The notes under the pieces were generated by a model. The model did no database searches. It saw only the letters and a list, made by a program, of their open reading frames with translations, and was not told the origin of the DNA. A DNA stretch of 64,000 nucleotides from Alphaproteobacteria bacterium (GTDB lineage Bacteria; Pseudomonadota; Alphaproteobacteria; UBA828): positions 2,560,001 to 2,624,000 of the forward strand of contig CBDEFM010000002.1 in the NCBI GenBank assembly GCA_965237415.1. Reading direction: 5' to 3'. The translations under genes and the position numbers were made by a program. Below, one piece after another: positions 18,672 to 29,144 of this stretch (positions within the stretch are counted from its first letter, which is position 1; each line of letters opens with the position of its first letter).

Positions 18672-19077
18672 CCCCCGGTCTTCACCAAGGTCGTGTCGCG
18701 CGCATCGCGCGACACGCGCAAACTTCAACAATCTAATGCGGGATTCGCCGGGATTAAGTGGGATAAGTGGGATTCGGGGAGACTGGCGGCGGCCGTCCTC
18801 GATTGCGGCACCGACGACTGCGGGCGGCAGCCGCCCAGGCGACGAGCGCCCGCAGATATTGTCTGCACCTGCCGCGGCCCGCTTGCTCTTGCGCTGCGTC
18901 GCGCGGATACGCGCGCGGGAGCACGATCGGCACATGATGCGATCATGGCGCATAAGCCGCGCACCGTGCACTGCACTATGGGTCCGGGGAGTCGCACGGG
19001 GCGGCAGGGCAGCCTCTTCCCTTCCGTCGTCGCCCGGCGTCGACCGGCACACCCTGACCGTGGCGAGAGATGCGGGC
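18671..19077. mobile_element. 407-bp TIR-bounded insertion between regulator and kinase
   Basis: Right end TGACCGTGGCGAGAGATGCGGGC|TA matches the 1826-1857 TIR; degenerate left end TA|GCCCCCGGTCTTCACCAAGGTC; removal restores an in-frame overlapping kinase start. Confidence 0.7.
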
Positions 19078-20452
19078 TAGGCTGCTCCGGACGTCCACGT
19101 TCCGGCTTTCGCTTCTCTACGTCGGCCTCTTCGGCGCCTCGGTCCTGGTGCTGCTCGCGTTCATCTACTGGACCACGGTGCGGGTCATCGACAGCCAGAC
19201 CAGCGACACAATCGAGGCCGAGGTTCGCGGTCTTGCCGAGCAATACCGGGCGCGGGGCATGGGCCAGTTGATCGCCGTGATCGAGGAGCGCAGCGGCCCC
19301 TACGGCGATCCGGACAGCGTCTACCTCCTTGCCGATCCCGCGCTCCGGCCGCTCGCCGGCAATCTCAGCGCCTGGCCGCGCGAGGCTGCCGGGGCCGAAG
19401 ACGGGTGGGTGGAGATCTCGGCCAGGCGCGCGAGCGGCGAGGAGGCGCACGGCACCATCCGCGCCCACACCTTCGTGCTGCCGGGCGGCTTCCGGCTGCT
19501 CGTCGGCCGCGACCCGCGCGGCCGGGCGGACTTCGAAGGGCTGATTCTGGAAACCCTCGGCTACGCGCTCGGAATCACGCTGGTTCTGGGTCTCCTCGGC
19601 GGCCTCGTCATGAGCCGGCGGATGCTGCGCCGGGTCGATGCCGTGCGTGAGACCGGCCAGCGCATCGTGCGGGGCGATCTCTCGCGGCGCATGCCGGTCA
19701 CGGGCGTCGGCGACGAATTCGATCGCCTCTCCATCACGGTCAACGAGATGCTGGATGAGATCGAGACGCTGATGACGGGCTTGCGCACGGTGACCGACAG
19801 CGTCGCGCACGATCTGCGCAGCCCGCTCACCCGGCTGAAGTCGCGGCTGGAGCTTGCGCTTCGCGAGGGGCCAGACGACGAACACGGCCACCGCGCCGCG
19901 CTCGAACGCGCGATCGCCGAGACCGACGGCATCCTGCGCACCTTCGCCACGCTGATGGAGATCGCCCGCGCCGAATCCGGCAAGGCCGGCATTGCCATGG
20001 TGCCTGTCGACCTCGGCGCCATCGTCGGCGACATGGTCGAGCTCTACGCCCCGCTCGCCGACGAGAAGGGGCTCGCCATCGAGGCCACGCTCGACGAGAC
20101 GGAGCCCGTGGCCGGCCACGCTCAATTCCTCTCCCAACTCGTCGCCAACCTGCTCGACAACGCGCTCGCCTACACGCCCGAAGGCCGGATCGGGGTGAGC
20201 CTCGAGTGTGAAGAGGCGGGCGCCGTTCGACTCATAGTGGAGGACTCGGGGCCGGGCATCCCGCCCGAGGAGCGGGAGCGTGTGCTGCAACGCTTTGTCC
20301 GCCTGGACGCAAGCCGCACCGGCGGCGGCACCGGCCTCGGGCTCAGCCTCGTCGCGGGCGTCGCCACCTTGCACCGGGCGTCGCTCGCGCTCGACGACGG
20401 TCCGTTGGGCGGCCTTCGTGTGACCGTGACCTTCCCACGGCCGGCCGCATAA
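19070..20452 (+). CDS. HAMP-domain sensor histidine kinase
   Basis: Two TM segments, HAMP, AHDLRSPL H-box, NLLDNA, DSGPGI, GTGLGL. Confidence 0.95.
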   Translation: MRARLLRTSTFRLSLLYVGLFGASVLVLLAFIYWTTVRVIDSQTSDTIEAEVRGLAEQYRARGMGQLIAVIEERSGPYGDPDSVYLLADPALRPLAGNLSAWPREAAGAEDGWVEISARRASGEEAHGTIRAHTFVLPGGFRLLVGRDPRGRADFEGLILETLGYALGITLVLGLLGGLVMSRRMLRRVDAVRETGQRIVRGDLSRRMPVTGVGDEFDRLSITVNEMLDEIETLMTGLRTVTDSVAHDLRSPLTRLKSRLELALREGPDDEHGHRAALERAIAETDGILRTFATLMEIARAESGKAGIAMVPVDLGAIVGDMVELYAPLADEKGLAIEATLDETEPVAGHAQFLSQLVANLLDNALAYTPEGRIGVSLECEEAGAVRLIVEDSGPGIPPEERERVLQRFVRLDASRTGGGTGLGLSLVAGVATLHRASLALDDGPLGGLRVTVTFPRPAA

Positions 20453-20474
20453 ACCGATCGCCCGAGGCCAGCGC

Positions 20475-20831
20475 TTACTCGCCCTGAAACCGCTGGCGGA
20501 GCGCCTCGACGCGCGCTCTGTTCACCCCCATGTCGCCGATACCGAAGCGCGAAGCCGAGCGGACATGGATCACGCCTTCCTCTGGGTGAACACGAAACTC
20601 GACATCGTCGGCGAAGCCGCGGCGTGTCCGGCAGACGGCGTGGAGATAGTCCTCTGTCGCTGTCACGATTTCGGTCCGCGGCAACTCTTCCACCAGGGCC
20701 TTCAACCGGACGAAGGCCGCCGCAGGGTCGCCTGAGACGGCGAAGGGCTCGATACGGTGACGGGCGGCCGCGTCGCCGCGGCTGCTTATGCAGTTGGGCC
20801 AGAACGGGCAGGGTGCGAGTTCTTCGGACAT
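20475..20831 (-). CDS. DUF1499 domain protein
   Basis: LAPCPFWPNCISS, FADDVEF, RSASRFGIGDMGVNRARVE. Confidence 0.85.
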   Translation of the reverse strand: MSEELAPCPFWPNCISSRGDAAARHRIEPFAVSGDPAAAFVRLKALVEELPRTEIVTATEDYLHAVCRTRRGFADDVEFRVHPEEGVIHVRSASRFGIGDMGVNRARVEALRQRFQGE

Positions 20832-20987
20832 AACCGGCTGGACCAAGGCTCATTCCGCGCAGGCTCCGTTGAATTATGAAGAAGAATTAATCAAGCGTCC
20901 ATCGTGGTGACAGCTTGCCCTGTCATAGAGGGGCTGCGGCCTGCCATCGGCCGCTGCGCAACAACGGCAACGGCAAGTGAGGAAACG

Positions 20988-22511
20988 ATGAGCACGCTTT
21001 CACCGCAACGCAAACGGATGGTCATCGTCGCGGCTCTGGCGGGCCTCGGCATGATCGCTGTGGCCGGCGGCGGCCTGGCCACTTCGCTCAAGACGGCCAC
21101 GGCGATCACACCGCCGACGTCGGTCGATCACGTCCTGGCAACGCCCAGCCTCGCCGGCGTGGTGGAGGCGGTTAGCCCGGCGGTCGTCTCGATCGAGGTC
21201 ACCCACAAGGCCCGGCCCGCGTTGACCGCCCAGCAGTGGCGCGGCCCGCGCATGCCGGAGCACTTCAAGCGCTTCTTCGGCGAGGACTTCGCCGAGCGAT
21301 TCGGCTTCACGCCGGACATCGAGCCCGGCCCCATGGTACCGAGCGGGGGCATCGGCTCCGGCTTCATCGTCGACGCCGACGGCTACATCGTGACGAGCAA
21401 TCACGTAATCGCAAGCGCCGAGACCATGACCGTGGTTCTCGACGACGGCACCCGGCTCGATGCGGAGATCGTCGGTCAAGACGTGCGGACCGATCTTGCC
21501 CTGCTCAGGGTCGAGACCGACGAGCCCTTGCCGACCGTGCAATTCGCTGCCGAGGACGGCACCCGCGTCGGCGATTGGGTGGTCGCCATCGGCAATCCCT
21601 TCGGTATCGGCAAGACCGCGACCTTCGGCATCGTCTCCGCGCGCGGGCGCGGAACCGGCCCCAACCCCTACGAGGACTACTTGCAAATCGACGCGCCGAT
21701 CAATCGCGGCAATTCGGGTGGGCCTGCCGTCAATCTGCATGGCGAGGTCATCGGGGTGAACACGTCGATCGTCTCACCCACCGGCGGCAATGTGGGAATC
21801 GGCTTCGCAGTCCCCGCCGCCACGGCCAGGGTCGTCATCGACGACCTCAAGGCCCACGGCCGGGTCATGCGCGGATGGCTCGGTGTCCATATCCAGCCGG
21901 TCACCGAAGACATCGCGGCAAGCCTCGGGCTGGAGGACACGGAGGGCGCCATCATCGCCCGCGTGCAGCCGGAGAGCCCGGCGGCGGTCGCAGGGCTAGA
22001 GTCCGGCGATGTCATCGTCGCCGTGGATCAGGTGCCGATCGAAGACGCGCGAGCGCTGTCGCGCATGATCTCCACCATCGACGCCGGGGCCGCCGCCACG
22101 CTCACCGTCTGGCGCGACGGCCAGGCCATGGAGATCACGGCGGCGATCGCCAACGCAACGCCGCCCGTCGAGCCCAGCGCGGAGATGACCGGCGCGGATG
22201 AGGCCGGCCGCCTCGACACCTTCGGCCTTCGCCTTGCGAATGTCGATTCGGAGGCTGGCGACGGCACGGCGATGGACGGCGGCTCAGGCGCCGTGGTGGT
22301 TGCCGAAGTGGCGCCCGGGAGCGCCGCTCATCGCAAGGGGCTTCGCCCCGGCGACGTGATCGTCACCGTGGGCAACGAGCCCGTCGGATCGGTGGCGGAC
22401 GTGAACGAGCGTATCGAGGCCGCTCAGGGCGACGGGCGCGAGGCCGTGCTGCTCTTGATGAGCCGTGACGGGCGCGAGCACTTCGTCGCTCTTCCCTTCG
22501 CCACGTCGTGA
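20988..22511 (+). CDS. degP: Do/DegP (HtrA) serine protease with two PDZ domains
   Basis: TSNHV, TDLALL, INRGNSGG catalytic motifs; signal sequence; two PDZ segments. Confidence 0.9.
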   Translation: MSTLSPQRKRMVIVAALAGLGMIAVAGGGLATSLKTATAITPPTSVDHVLATPSLAGVVEAVSPAVVSIEVTHKARPALTAQQWRGPRMPEHFKRFFGEDFAERFGFTPDIEPGPMVPSGGIGSGFIVDADGYIVTSNHVIASAETMTVVLDDGTRLDAEIVGQDVRTDLALLRVETDEPLPTVQFAAEDGTRVGDWVVAIGNPFGIGKTATFGIVSARGRGTGPNPYEDYLQIDAPINRGNSGGPAVNLHGEVIGVNTSIVSPTGGNVGIGFAVPAATARVVIDDLKAHGRVMRGWLGVHIQPVTEDIAASLGLEDTEGAIIARVQPESPAAVAGLESGDVIVAVDQVPIEDARALSRMISTIDAGAAATLTVWRDGQAMEITAAIANATPPVEPSAEMTGADEAGRLDTFGLRLANVDSEAGDGTAMDGGSGAVVVAEVAPGSAAHRKGLRPGDVIVTVGNEPVGSVADVNERIEAAQGDGREAVLLLMSRDGREHFVALPFATS

Positions 22512-22552
22512 AGGCGGGCGGGGCCGGCGTTCCTGACCGGGGGCGCCGGCCC

Positions 22553-25500
22553 CTACTCTTCGAGCGACTTCAGCAGATCGTCGACGAGGTCTTGGAGGTC
22601 CTCGTCCTTGTCGCGCTCAGGTGCTGGCAGGGGCTCGGGCACAGGCTCCTCGGGCGCGGGCGCCTCGGTCGGGGGCGCTGCTTCGCGCTCCTCCTCCCCG
22701 CCAGTCTCTAGCGGCTCCTCGACCTCTTCCCTCTGCTCGACGCCTGCCGCCTCTTCCGGCTGACGCGCCTCGACGGGCTCCGTCGCCACCGCCGCATCGC
22801 CCGAGCCATCGCCCGGCGACGCCGCGGCATCCCCCGCTCCGTCCTCTTCTTGGGCGTCCACCGCTTCACTCGGTTCGCCCGCTCCCGCGCGTTCTTCCGG
22901 CTCGTCGGGCTCTTCCGCTGTCTCGGCGTCCTCGGCCTTGTCCGGATCGCCGAGCACGTTTCTGAGCAGGGTGTCCATCTCGGTTCCGGGCTCCGCCTTG
23001 GCACCCTTGCGCAGCGTGATCTTGGGCATGCCGGGCGCGCCGGCGAGCGAGAGCAGCCCGAGCTTGACCAGGTGGGCCTGCATGTCCGCGATCAAAAGGC
23101 GGCGCTCCGGCCGATCGATCGGCCCCTCGAACCGTATGCCGACAGGCGGGGCATCCGCGTGCTCGGTGAGGCGGAACAGCGCCGTGAGGTCTAGCTGCCA
23201 CGCGGGGAGATCGGCGGTACCGCTGATTTCGCCGACGCCCCCCTCGGCGACGACCTCGAAGCCGTCGATGCGTGCCTGGCCGTCCTGTACCCGCACGGTG
23301 CCGTCGAGGGAGCGGATTGCCGTTCGCCCGCTGGATAGGCTTTGCTCGGTCCCATCGACGAAGCTCGCGATGTCTTCGAGCGCATCGACCTTGGAGAGCG
23401 CGTCGATCTGGCGGCTGATCGCCGGCACGTCCACGCCCTCGACGGCGCCCTCGCTGGCGGCAAGCGCGACGCGGCCGGAGAGGCTCTGCATCATCTCGCG
23501 GGCCGTCTGCCCGCGCAGGGTGAAATACCCGTCGACCTCGGCGCGGCCAGAGACCGCATCGACGCCTGCAATCTCGCGCAGGATGGCGCCCAATTCCGCA
23601 TCGGTGAGCCGGAATGCCGCCTGCCCCGCCGGCACCGGTCCGCCGGCGAGGCTGCCGTCGGCCTTCAGCGCCCCGTCGAAAAGCCGGCCGGTAAGCGAAC
23701 GCAGCGTCAGCGTCCCCTCGGCTACGGCCAGATCGACGTCGGCCTGTTCGATGCGGTAGGCGCCGAGAAGGAGGGCCTCGGCGTCGAGCGCGAGTGTTCC
23801 GGAGAGCCGATCGAGGACCGTGAGGTCGATCGTTTCGTCGGACCAGCGCGCGGGCTGCGGTGCAGCGCCCTCGGTGCCGGTGCCCGCAAGGTCGACACTT
23901 ACCGATGGTGTCCCGCCGGCCTCCGTCTCGCCCGTCGCGGCAAGACCGCCGCCCAACCATGCGAGGTCGAGCACGCCGCCATGAAGGTCGGCGCTGAACC
24001 CCGGCGGCTCCTGATCCAGGCGGAGGAAGACCCCGCCGGTCAGCGTGCTGTCGCCGATCATGGCGTCGATGTCGGCGAAGCTTGCCACAGTCCGGTCGCC
24101 GGATACCTTCCCGGCGAGGCGCAGCGCGCCGAGGGCAACATCCGCCGGCGCGTCGCCGACCAGGGTTTCGACCAGGGCCTCGCCGCGCGGATGGGCGAGA
24201 TCGACATCGACGCTGTAGCTGGGAGAAGCGAGCGGATCCGTGACCTTGCCAGCGACCTGAAGCGTCGCGCCGGCGGTCTCGGCGCTCATGTTGATCGCGA
24301 CGGAGTCGAGATCGCCGCCGATCCCGCCCTCCATCGTCAGCGCGCCGAGCCGCGTGACGATAGGCGGTGGCGTGAGCCCGACGCTGCGGGCGAGCGAGGC
24401 GGCATCCGGTGCCTGCAGGCTGAAGGCGAGCGCCGCGGCGGGCGCGCCGAAGGGTTGCTCGACGGTACCTGCCAGCGACGCCTGGGCCGCGCCAGCAGCG
24501 AGAGCGAGATCGATCGACAGTGCTTCCTCATCGCCCGCGAGCGCACCATTCAGCGTGACCTTGCCGAACGCCTCGGCGCGAATGTCGGGATCGATGTCGA
24601 GGAGCGCGAGGACACCGTCGAGCGAATCAGCCGCAGCTTCGACCGCGAGATCGAAACTTGGCGCCGTCCCGACCGTGCGCCCGGTGCCTGACAACAGGAT
24701 GCTGGCGCCCGCTGCGTCCGCGACCGACGCCCGCCGCAGGGTCAGGTCGCCCTGGTCGAGGGCCGCGTCGAATTCCAGCCCGGCCAGGCGCACTCCCCCG
24801 TAGGTAAGCGCATCGATCTTGAGCGCGACGTCGGCGTCGATCTCGTCGAGCACCGGCCATGCTCCACCCCCCACGCTATCCCCCGCGCGGCCCGGCGTTG
24901 GCTGTGCCGCCTCCTGCGGCGCTGCGTCCGCATCGCCTGTCGCACGTGACGGCGCCGGGCCTGCATCGAGCAGGTAAGCGTCGACATTCACAGCGTCGAC
25001 AGCGAGGTCGGCGGCGATCTGCGGCCGCTCGCTCGTCTCGATGGACACGTTGCCGGCGATCCGCGTGGTATCGATCCTGATGTCGAGATTGGATGCCGAC
25101 AGCCGATCGCCGTTGGCAGAGAGATCGGCACTCGCGCTGAGGTGTCGGAGCCGATCCGCCGGGACTGCCCCCACATCTACGCCAAGCCAGGAGAGGGTGG
25201 CGCGCAGGTCCTCGGTCGCGATCTCGCCGACACCCTCCATCCACTGGCCGTTGCCGTTGGCGGTCAGCCGGCCGGCGAGGTCGACGTCCGCGCCTCCGGG
25301 CAACAGCGCCGACGTTTGCCGGATCGTGACCACGCCGTTCTCGAGCGCAAGACGCGCCCTGGCCTTACGGATGACGCCCTTGCGCCAGGTGACCGCACCG
25401 ATCGTAAGGTCTAGAGCGGCATCGATCTTCGTGGGAATTTCGTGCCGGATGTCGTCTGTGATCGATTGCGGCGTGGCCAGAGCCACTGCATTGCTCGACT

Positions 25501-26608
25501 GCCCGGCACCGTCCGAGCCCGCCGCCTCCGCAGTCTGCGGTTCGCTGCCAGAGCCTGCCGATCCCGCGGGCTTGGGTTTGCCGTCATCCGGCAGGAAGCG
25601 ATCGAGGTCGATGCGGTTGAGGTCGATCTCGGCCGCTAACCGCGGCACCTCGCCATCCTGCCAAGAGAGCGTGCCGTTCGCCTGGCTCTCGCCCAGTCGA
25701 ACCTGAAGCTCGCGTGCGGCGATGGTATCCGCGTGCACGCTGAATTCGCCCTTGGCAGAGAATTCTCTACCCAGCGGCTCGGCGGGCAGCGACCCGAGAT
25801 CCACGGCGAGCGCATTCAGGAGAGCGCCGAAGTCGGACGCCTCGGCCCGCACGCTGCCGTCGAACGCAGGCATCCCGTCGATGCCTTTGAGGATGCCCTC
25901 GAACAGCGCGCTGCCCCGCTCACCGCCGAAGGTCGCTTCGAACGAGACCGGCAGAGTGCGGTCTTCGCCGACCGTGCCCGTCGCGAGCCGAAACTTGATC
26001 GCCCGGCCGCGCACGGCGAGATTGCCCTCCCCGCGGAAGGGACCGTCGAGGGAGCGGGCAGAGATCGCCGCGTCGATCCTGTCTATTCGCGCCGGGGGCT
26101 CATCGTGCGCATGGCGATAGACGATCGTACCGTTCGTTATGGTCGCAGAGTCGATCCTGGTCAGCCCGAGGTCGGCTGCCTCCGGTTCGCCATTGGCAGA
26201 GGTCTCCACCGTCGGGTCGGTCTCAGGCTCGAAGAGCCAGTTGGGACGGCCGTCGGCGAGGCGCTGGAGCTCGATCACGGGCTCCACCATCTCGAGACTG
26301 GTGACGGCGATCTTGCCGCCGAGGAGCGGCCCCAGCGCAAGCGTGAGATCGAGCGAGGCGATCCGCGCCATGTCGGGGGCGACCGCGCCCGGCGCGTTGG
26401 CGATGCGAAGGTCGGCGGCCTTGATTGTGGGCGTCGGCAGGATGGAGACCGCGAGCGGGCCGTCGATCGCAATCTCACGACCGGTGATGGCCTCCAGGCG
26501 CTCCGTGATCTCGGGCTTGAACCGCTCCCAATCGAGAACCGACGGCACGATGAAGAGGGCAGCGACGACGAGGACCAGAAGGACGAGTAAAGCGTAAACG
26601 AATTTCAC
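22553..26608 (-). CDS. asmA: AsmA family protein (long form)
   Basis: N-terminal TM anchor plus PSVLDWERFKPEI...TGREIAIDG AsmA N-terminus; acidic C-tail. Confidence 0.85.
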   Translation of the reverse strand: MKFVYALLVLLVLVVAALFIVPSVLDWERFKPEITERLEAITGREIAIDGPLAVSILPTPTIKAADLRIANAPGAVAPDMARIASLDLTLALGPLLGGKIAVTSLEMVEPVIELQRLADGRPNWLFEPETDPTVETSANGEPEAADLGLTRIDSATITNGTIVYRHAHDEPPARIDRIDAAISARSLDGPFRGEGNLAVRGRAIKFRLATGTVGEDRTLPVSFEATFGGERGSALFEGILKGIDGMPAFDGSVRAEASDFGALLNALAVDLGSLPAEPLGREFSAKGEFSVHADTIAARELQVRLGESQANGTLSWQDGEVPRLAAEIDLNRIDLDRFLPDDGKPKPAGSAGSGSEPQTAEAAGSDGAGQSSNAVALATPQSITDDIRHEIPTKIDAALDLTIGAVTWRKGVIRKARARLALENGVVTIRQTSALLPGGADVDLAGRLTANGNGQWMEGVGEIATEDLRATLSWLGVDVGAVPADRLRHLSASADLSANGDRLSASNLDIRIDTTRIAGNVSIETSERPQIAADLAVDAVNVDAYLLDAGPAPSRATGDADAAPQEAAQPTPGRAGDSVGGGAWPVLDEIDADVALKIDALTYGGVRLAGLEFDAALDQGDLTLRRASVADAAGASILLSGTGRTVGTAPSFDLAVEAAADSLDGVLALLDIDPDIRAEAFGKVTLNGALAGDEEALSIDLALAAGAAQASLAGTVEQPFGAPAAALAFSLQAPDAASLARSVGLTPPPIVTRLGALTMEGGIGGDLDSVAINMSAETAGATLQVAGKVTDPLASPSYSVDVDLAHPRGEALVETLVGDAPADVALGALRLAGKVSGDRTVASFADIDAMIGDSTLTGGVFLRLDQEPPGFSADLHGGVLDLAWLGGGLAATGETEAGGTPSVSVDLAGTGTEGAAPQPARWSDETIDLTVLDRLSGTLALDAEALLLGAYRIEQADVDLAVAEGTLTLRSLTGRLFDGALKADGSLAGGPVPAGQAAFRLTDAELGAILREIAGVDAVSGRAEVDGYFTLRGQTAREMMQSLSGRVALAASEGAVEGVDVPAISRQIDALSKVDALEDIASFVDGTEQSLSSGRTAIRSLDGTVRVQDGQARIDGFEVVAEGGVGEISGTADLPAWQLDLTALFRLTEHADAPPVGIRFEGPIDRPERRLLIADMQAHLVKLGLLSLAGAPGMPKITLRKGAKAEPGTEMDTLLRNVLGDPDKAEDAETAEEPDEPEERAGAGEPSEAVDAQEEDGAGDAAASPGDGSGDAAVATEPVEARQPEEAAGVEQREEVEEPLETGGEEEREAAPPTEAPAPEEPVPEPLPAPERDKDEDLQDLVDDLLKSLEE

Positions 26609-26792
26609 TGTTGGCCATGCCTCGGGGCGGGGTAGCCTGGCGCTTTGCCCAAACGGCGGCTCCCCGGTCGACTCCGGTTAACAGCCCGATTCATTTCGTC
26701 TAGGCTTGCCTCTCAATCGGACGAGTCAGATCGGATGGGAGACCCCGCATTTCTTAGACCACGTTTGCCGGCGTATCGAAAGGCCTTTGGTC

Positions 26793-27017
26793 ATGGGCGA
26801 TGTCGTCAACCTTAACCAGTTTCGGAAGAAGCGCGATCGGGCCGCGAAAGCGCAGAAAGGCGCGGCGAACCGTGCGCGATCGGGGCGTAGCAAGGCGGAG
26901 AGGCAGGTGACGCAAGTCGAGGCGGCGCGCGGCGACGGCACGCTGGACGGCAAGCGTATCGATCATGAGCCCGAAGAGCCCGAGGGCAGCAGCAGGCTGG
27001 ACCCAAAGGGCGACTGA
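26793..27017 (+). CDS. DUF4169 family protein
   Basis: MGDVVNLNQFRKKRDRA...NRARSGRSKAE. Confidence 0.85.
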   Translation: MGDVVNLNQFRKKRDRAAKAQKGAANRARSGRSKAERQVTQVEAARGDGTLDGKRIDHEPEEPEGSSRLDPKGD

Positions 27018-27055
27018 GCGGCGCATCGGGATATATCCAGGCAGTGCCAGACAGA

Positions 27056-27562
27056 ATGAGACGAGGGAGCGTCGTGGCGGCGGGGCTGATCGGGGCGGTG
27101 CTCGCGCTCGCCGCGCCGGGAGCACAAGCCGGCTGCGCCGATACGCCGCAGCCGGGTGTCGATTGGCGGCGTTGTCTTCTCGACAATCGGAACTTCGTCG
27201 ACGTTGACCTCGCCGGCGCCACGCTGCGCGATGGGTTCTTTGCGCGCTCGGACCTCACGCGGGCCGACTTCTCCGCGGTTGACGCCCGGCGCGCCAAGTT
27301 CACCGATTCCGTCCTGGTGGAGACGCGCTGGGCCGGCGCGCGCCTGATCGGCACGGACTTCACCAAATCGGACCTGGCCGGCGCCTCGTTCGAAGGCGCC
27401 GATCTCAGGCGCGCCCGTTTCTTCCGCGCCAATCTTCGCGGTGCCGACTTCACCGGCGCCCGGCTCGACGCGACCGATTTCCTCAAGGCGGATCTCAGCG
27501 GCGCGATCTGGATCGACGGCAACAAGGTGTGCGCGGAGGGTTCCAACGGCCAATGCAATTGA
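27056..27562 (+). CDS. Secreted pentapeptide-repeat protein
   Basis: Signal peptide, C-x5-PGVDW cap, A(D/N)LxG-type repeats. Confidence 0.9.
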   Translation: MRRGSVVAAGLIGAVLALAAPGAQAGCADTPQPGVDWRRCLLDNRNFVDVDLAGATLRDGFFARSDLTRADFSAVDARRAKFTDSVLVETRWAGARLIGTDFTKSDLAGASFEGADLRRARFFRANLRGADFTGARLDATDFLKADLSGAIWIDGNKVCAEGSNGQCN

Positions 27563-28248
27563 CCGAAGGCGCTCGGAGCGCGCCTTCGGGCGCCGACCTC
27601 GCGCACATAGACACGTGGATATTCGACCTCGACAACACCCTCTATCCGTCGAGCTCGCGCCTCTTCGACCAGGTGAGCCATCGCATCGGCGCCTTTATCG
27701 CCACTGCGCTCGACGTCGACCACGTTGAGGCCAAGCGGCTGCAAAAGAGCTACTTCCGCAAATACGGCACCACGTTGCGCGGCCTCATGCTCAAGCACGG
27801 CATGGACCCCGCGCCCTTTCTCGAATTCGTGCACGACATCGATCTCTCGCCCATCGCGCAGAGCGATGCCCTGGAGGCGGCGCTCGGCCGGCTGCCCGGC
27901 CGCAAGCTGGTCTTCACGAACGCCGATGCGCCCTATGCCGAGCGGGTGATGGCGCGGCTCGGAATCGGCCACCATTTCAGCGAGATCTACGATATCGAGG
28001 CGGCCGACTGGGTGCCGAAGCCCTTTCCCCAAGCCTACGAGCGGCTCGCGGACGTGCACGATGTCGAGCCCAAGAGCGCCATCCTGTTCGAGGATATCCT
28101 GCGCAACCTGGTGCCCGCTGCTGCGCTCGGCATGGCGACCGTATGGGTGCGCAACGACAGTGACTGGGCGTCGTCCGGCGCCGAAGAGATCACGCCAGAC
28201 TATGTGACCGACGATCTTGCCGTCTGGCTCGCCGCGCTCCCGGCGTAG
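27553..28248 (+). CDS. Pyrimidine 5'-nucleotidase (HAD family)
   Basis: [24 protein letters not shown]. Confidence 0.9.
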   Translation: MQLTEGARSAPSGADLAHIDTWIFDLDNTLYPSSSRLFDQVSHRIGAFIATALDVDHVEAKRLQKSYFRKYGTTLRGLMLKHGMDPAPFLEFVHDIDLSPIAQSDALEAALGRLPGRKLVFTNADAPYAERVMARLGIGHHFSEIYDIEAADWVPKPFPQAYERLADVHDVEPKSAILFEDILRNLVPAAALGMATVWVRNDSDWASSGAEEITPDYVTDDLAVWLAALPA

Positions 28249-28298
28249 CCGGCGGAAGACGGCACCCGCGGTCGCAGTGGAGAGCAAGGGAGAGACCG

Positions 28299-29144
28299 GT
28301 GAGGACAGGAGACCTGGACCGCGCGGTGGAAGCCGCCTGGGAGGCGCGCGACACGCTTTCGCCCGCGAGCGGCGGTGCCGCCGCAGACGCGGTGGAGGCT
28401 GCGCTCTCCCTGCTCGATTCCGGCGAGGCGCGCGTTGCGGAGAAGCAGGGCGACGCCTGGATCGTCAACCAATGGCTCAAGAAGGCGGTGCTGCTCTCCT
28501 TCCGGCTCAACGACATGGCGACAATCCCGGGCGGGCCGGGGGGCGATACGCCCTGGTACGACAAGGTGCCGTCCAAGTTCGCAGGCTGGGACGAGGCGCG
28601 CTTCCAGGATGCGGGCTTCCGCGCCGTGCCCGGCGCCATCGTGCGGCGCTCGGCCTACGTCGCGCCCGGTGTGGTATTGATGCCCTCCTTCGTGAACATC
28701 GGCGCTTATGTCGATAGCGGCACCATGATCGACACCTGGGCCACGGTGGGGAGCTGCGCGCAGATCGGCAAAAACTGCCACATCTCCGGCGGTGCCGGAA
28801 TCGGCGGTGTGCTGGAGCCGCTCCAGGCGAACCCGGTGATCATCGAGGACGACTGCTTCGTCGGCGCGCGCAGCGAGGTGGCCGAAGGCGTCATCGTCGA
28901 GCAGGGCGCGGTGCTGGCGATGGGTGTCTATGTCGGCGCCTCGACCCGGGTGGTCGATCGCGAGACCGGCGAAGTCCATCGCGGGCGCATTCCGTCGTAT
29001 TCGGTCGTGGTGCCGGGCTCGCTTCCGGGCAAGCCGCTTCCGGACGGATCGCCGGGCCCCGGCCTCTATTGCGCGGTGATCGTCAAGCGGGTGGATGCGG
29101 GCACGCGGGCCAAGACCTCGATCAACCAGCTGCTCCGCAATTGA
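28299..29144 (+). CDS. dapD: Tetrahydrodipicolinate N-succinyltransferase
   Basis: [34 protein letters not shown]. Confidence 0.97.
   Translation: MRTGDLDRAVEAAWEARDTLSPASGGAAADAVEAALSLLDSGEARVAEKQGDAWIVNQWLKKAVLLSFRLNDMATIPGGPGGDTPWYDKVPSKFAGWDEARFQDAGFRAVPGAIVRRSAYVAPGVVLMPSFVNIGAYVDSGTMIDTWATVGSCAQIGKNCHISGGAGIGGVLEPLQANPVIIEDDCFVGARSEVAEGVIVEQGAVLAMGVYVGASTRVVDRETGEVHRGRIPSYSVVVPGSLPGKPLPDGSPGPGLYCAVIVKRVDAGTRAKTSINQLLRN

Noticed and set aside
26744-26763. CCCGCATTTCT..ACCACG as a further TIR-family copy
   Set aside because: Only an 11-nt exact core plus a gapped tail; cannot exclude chance
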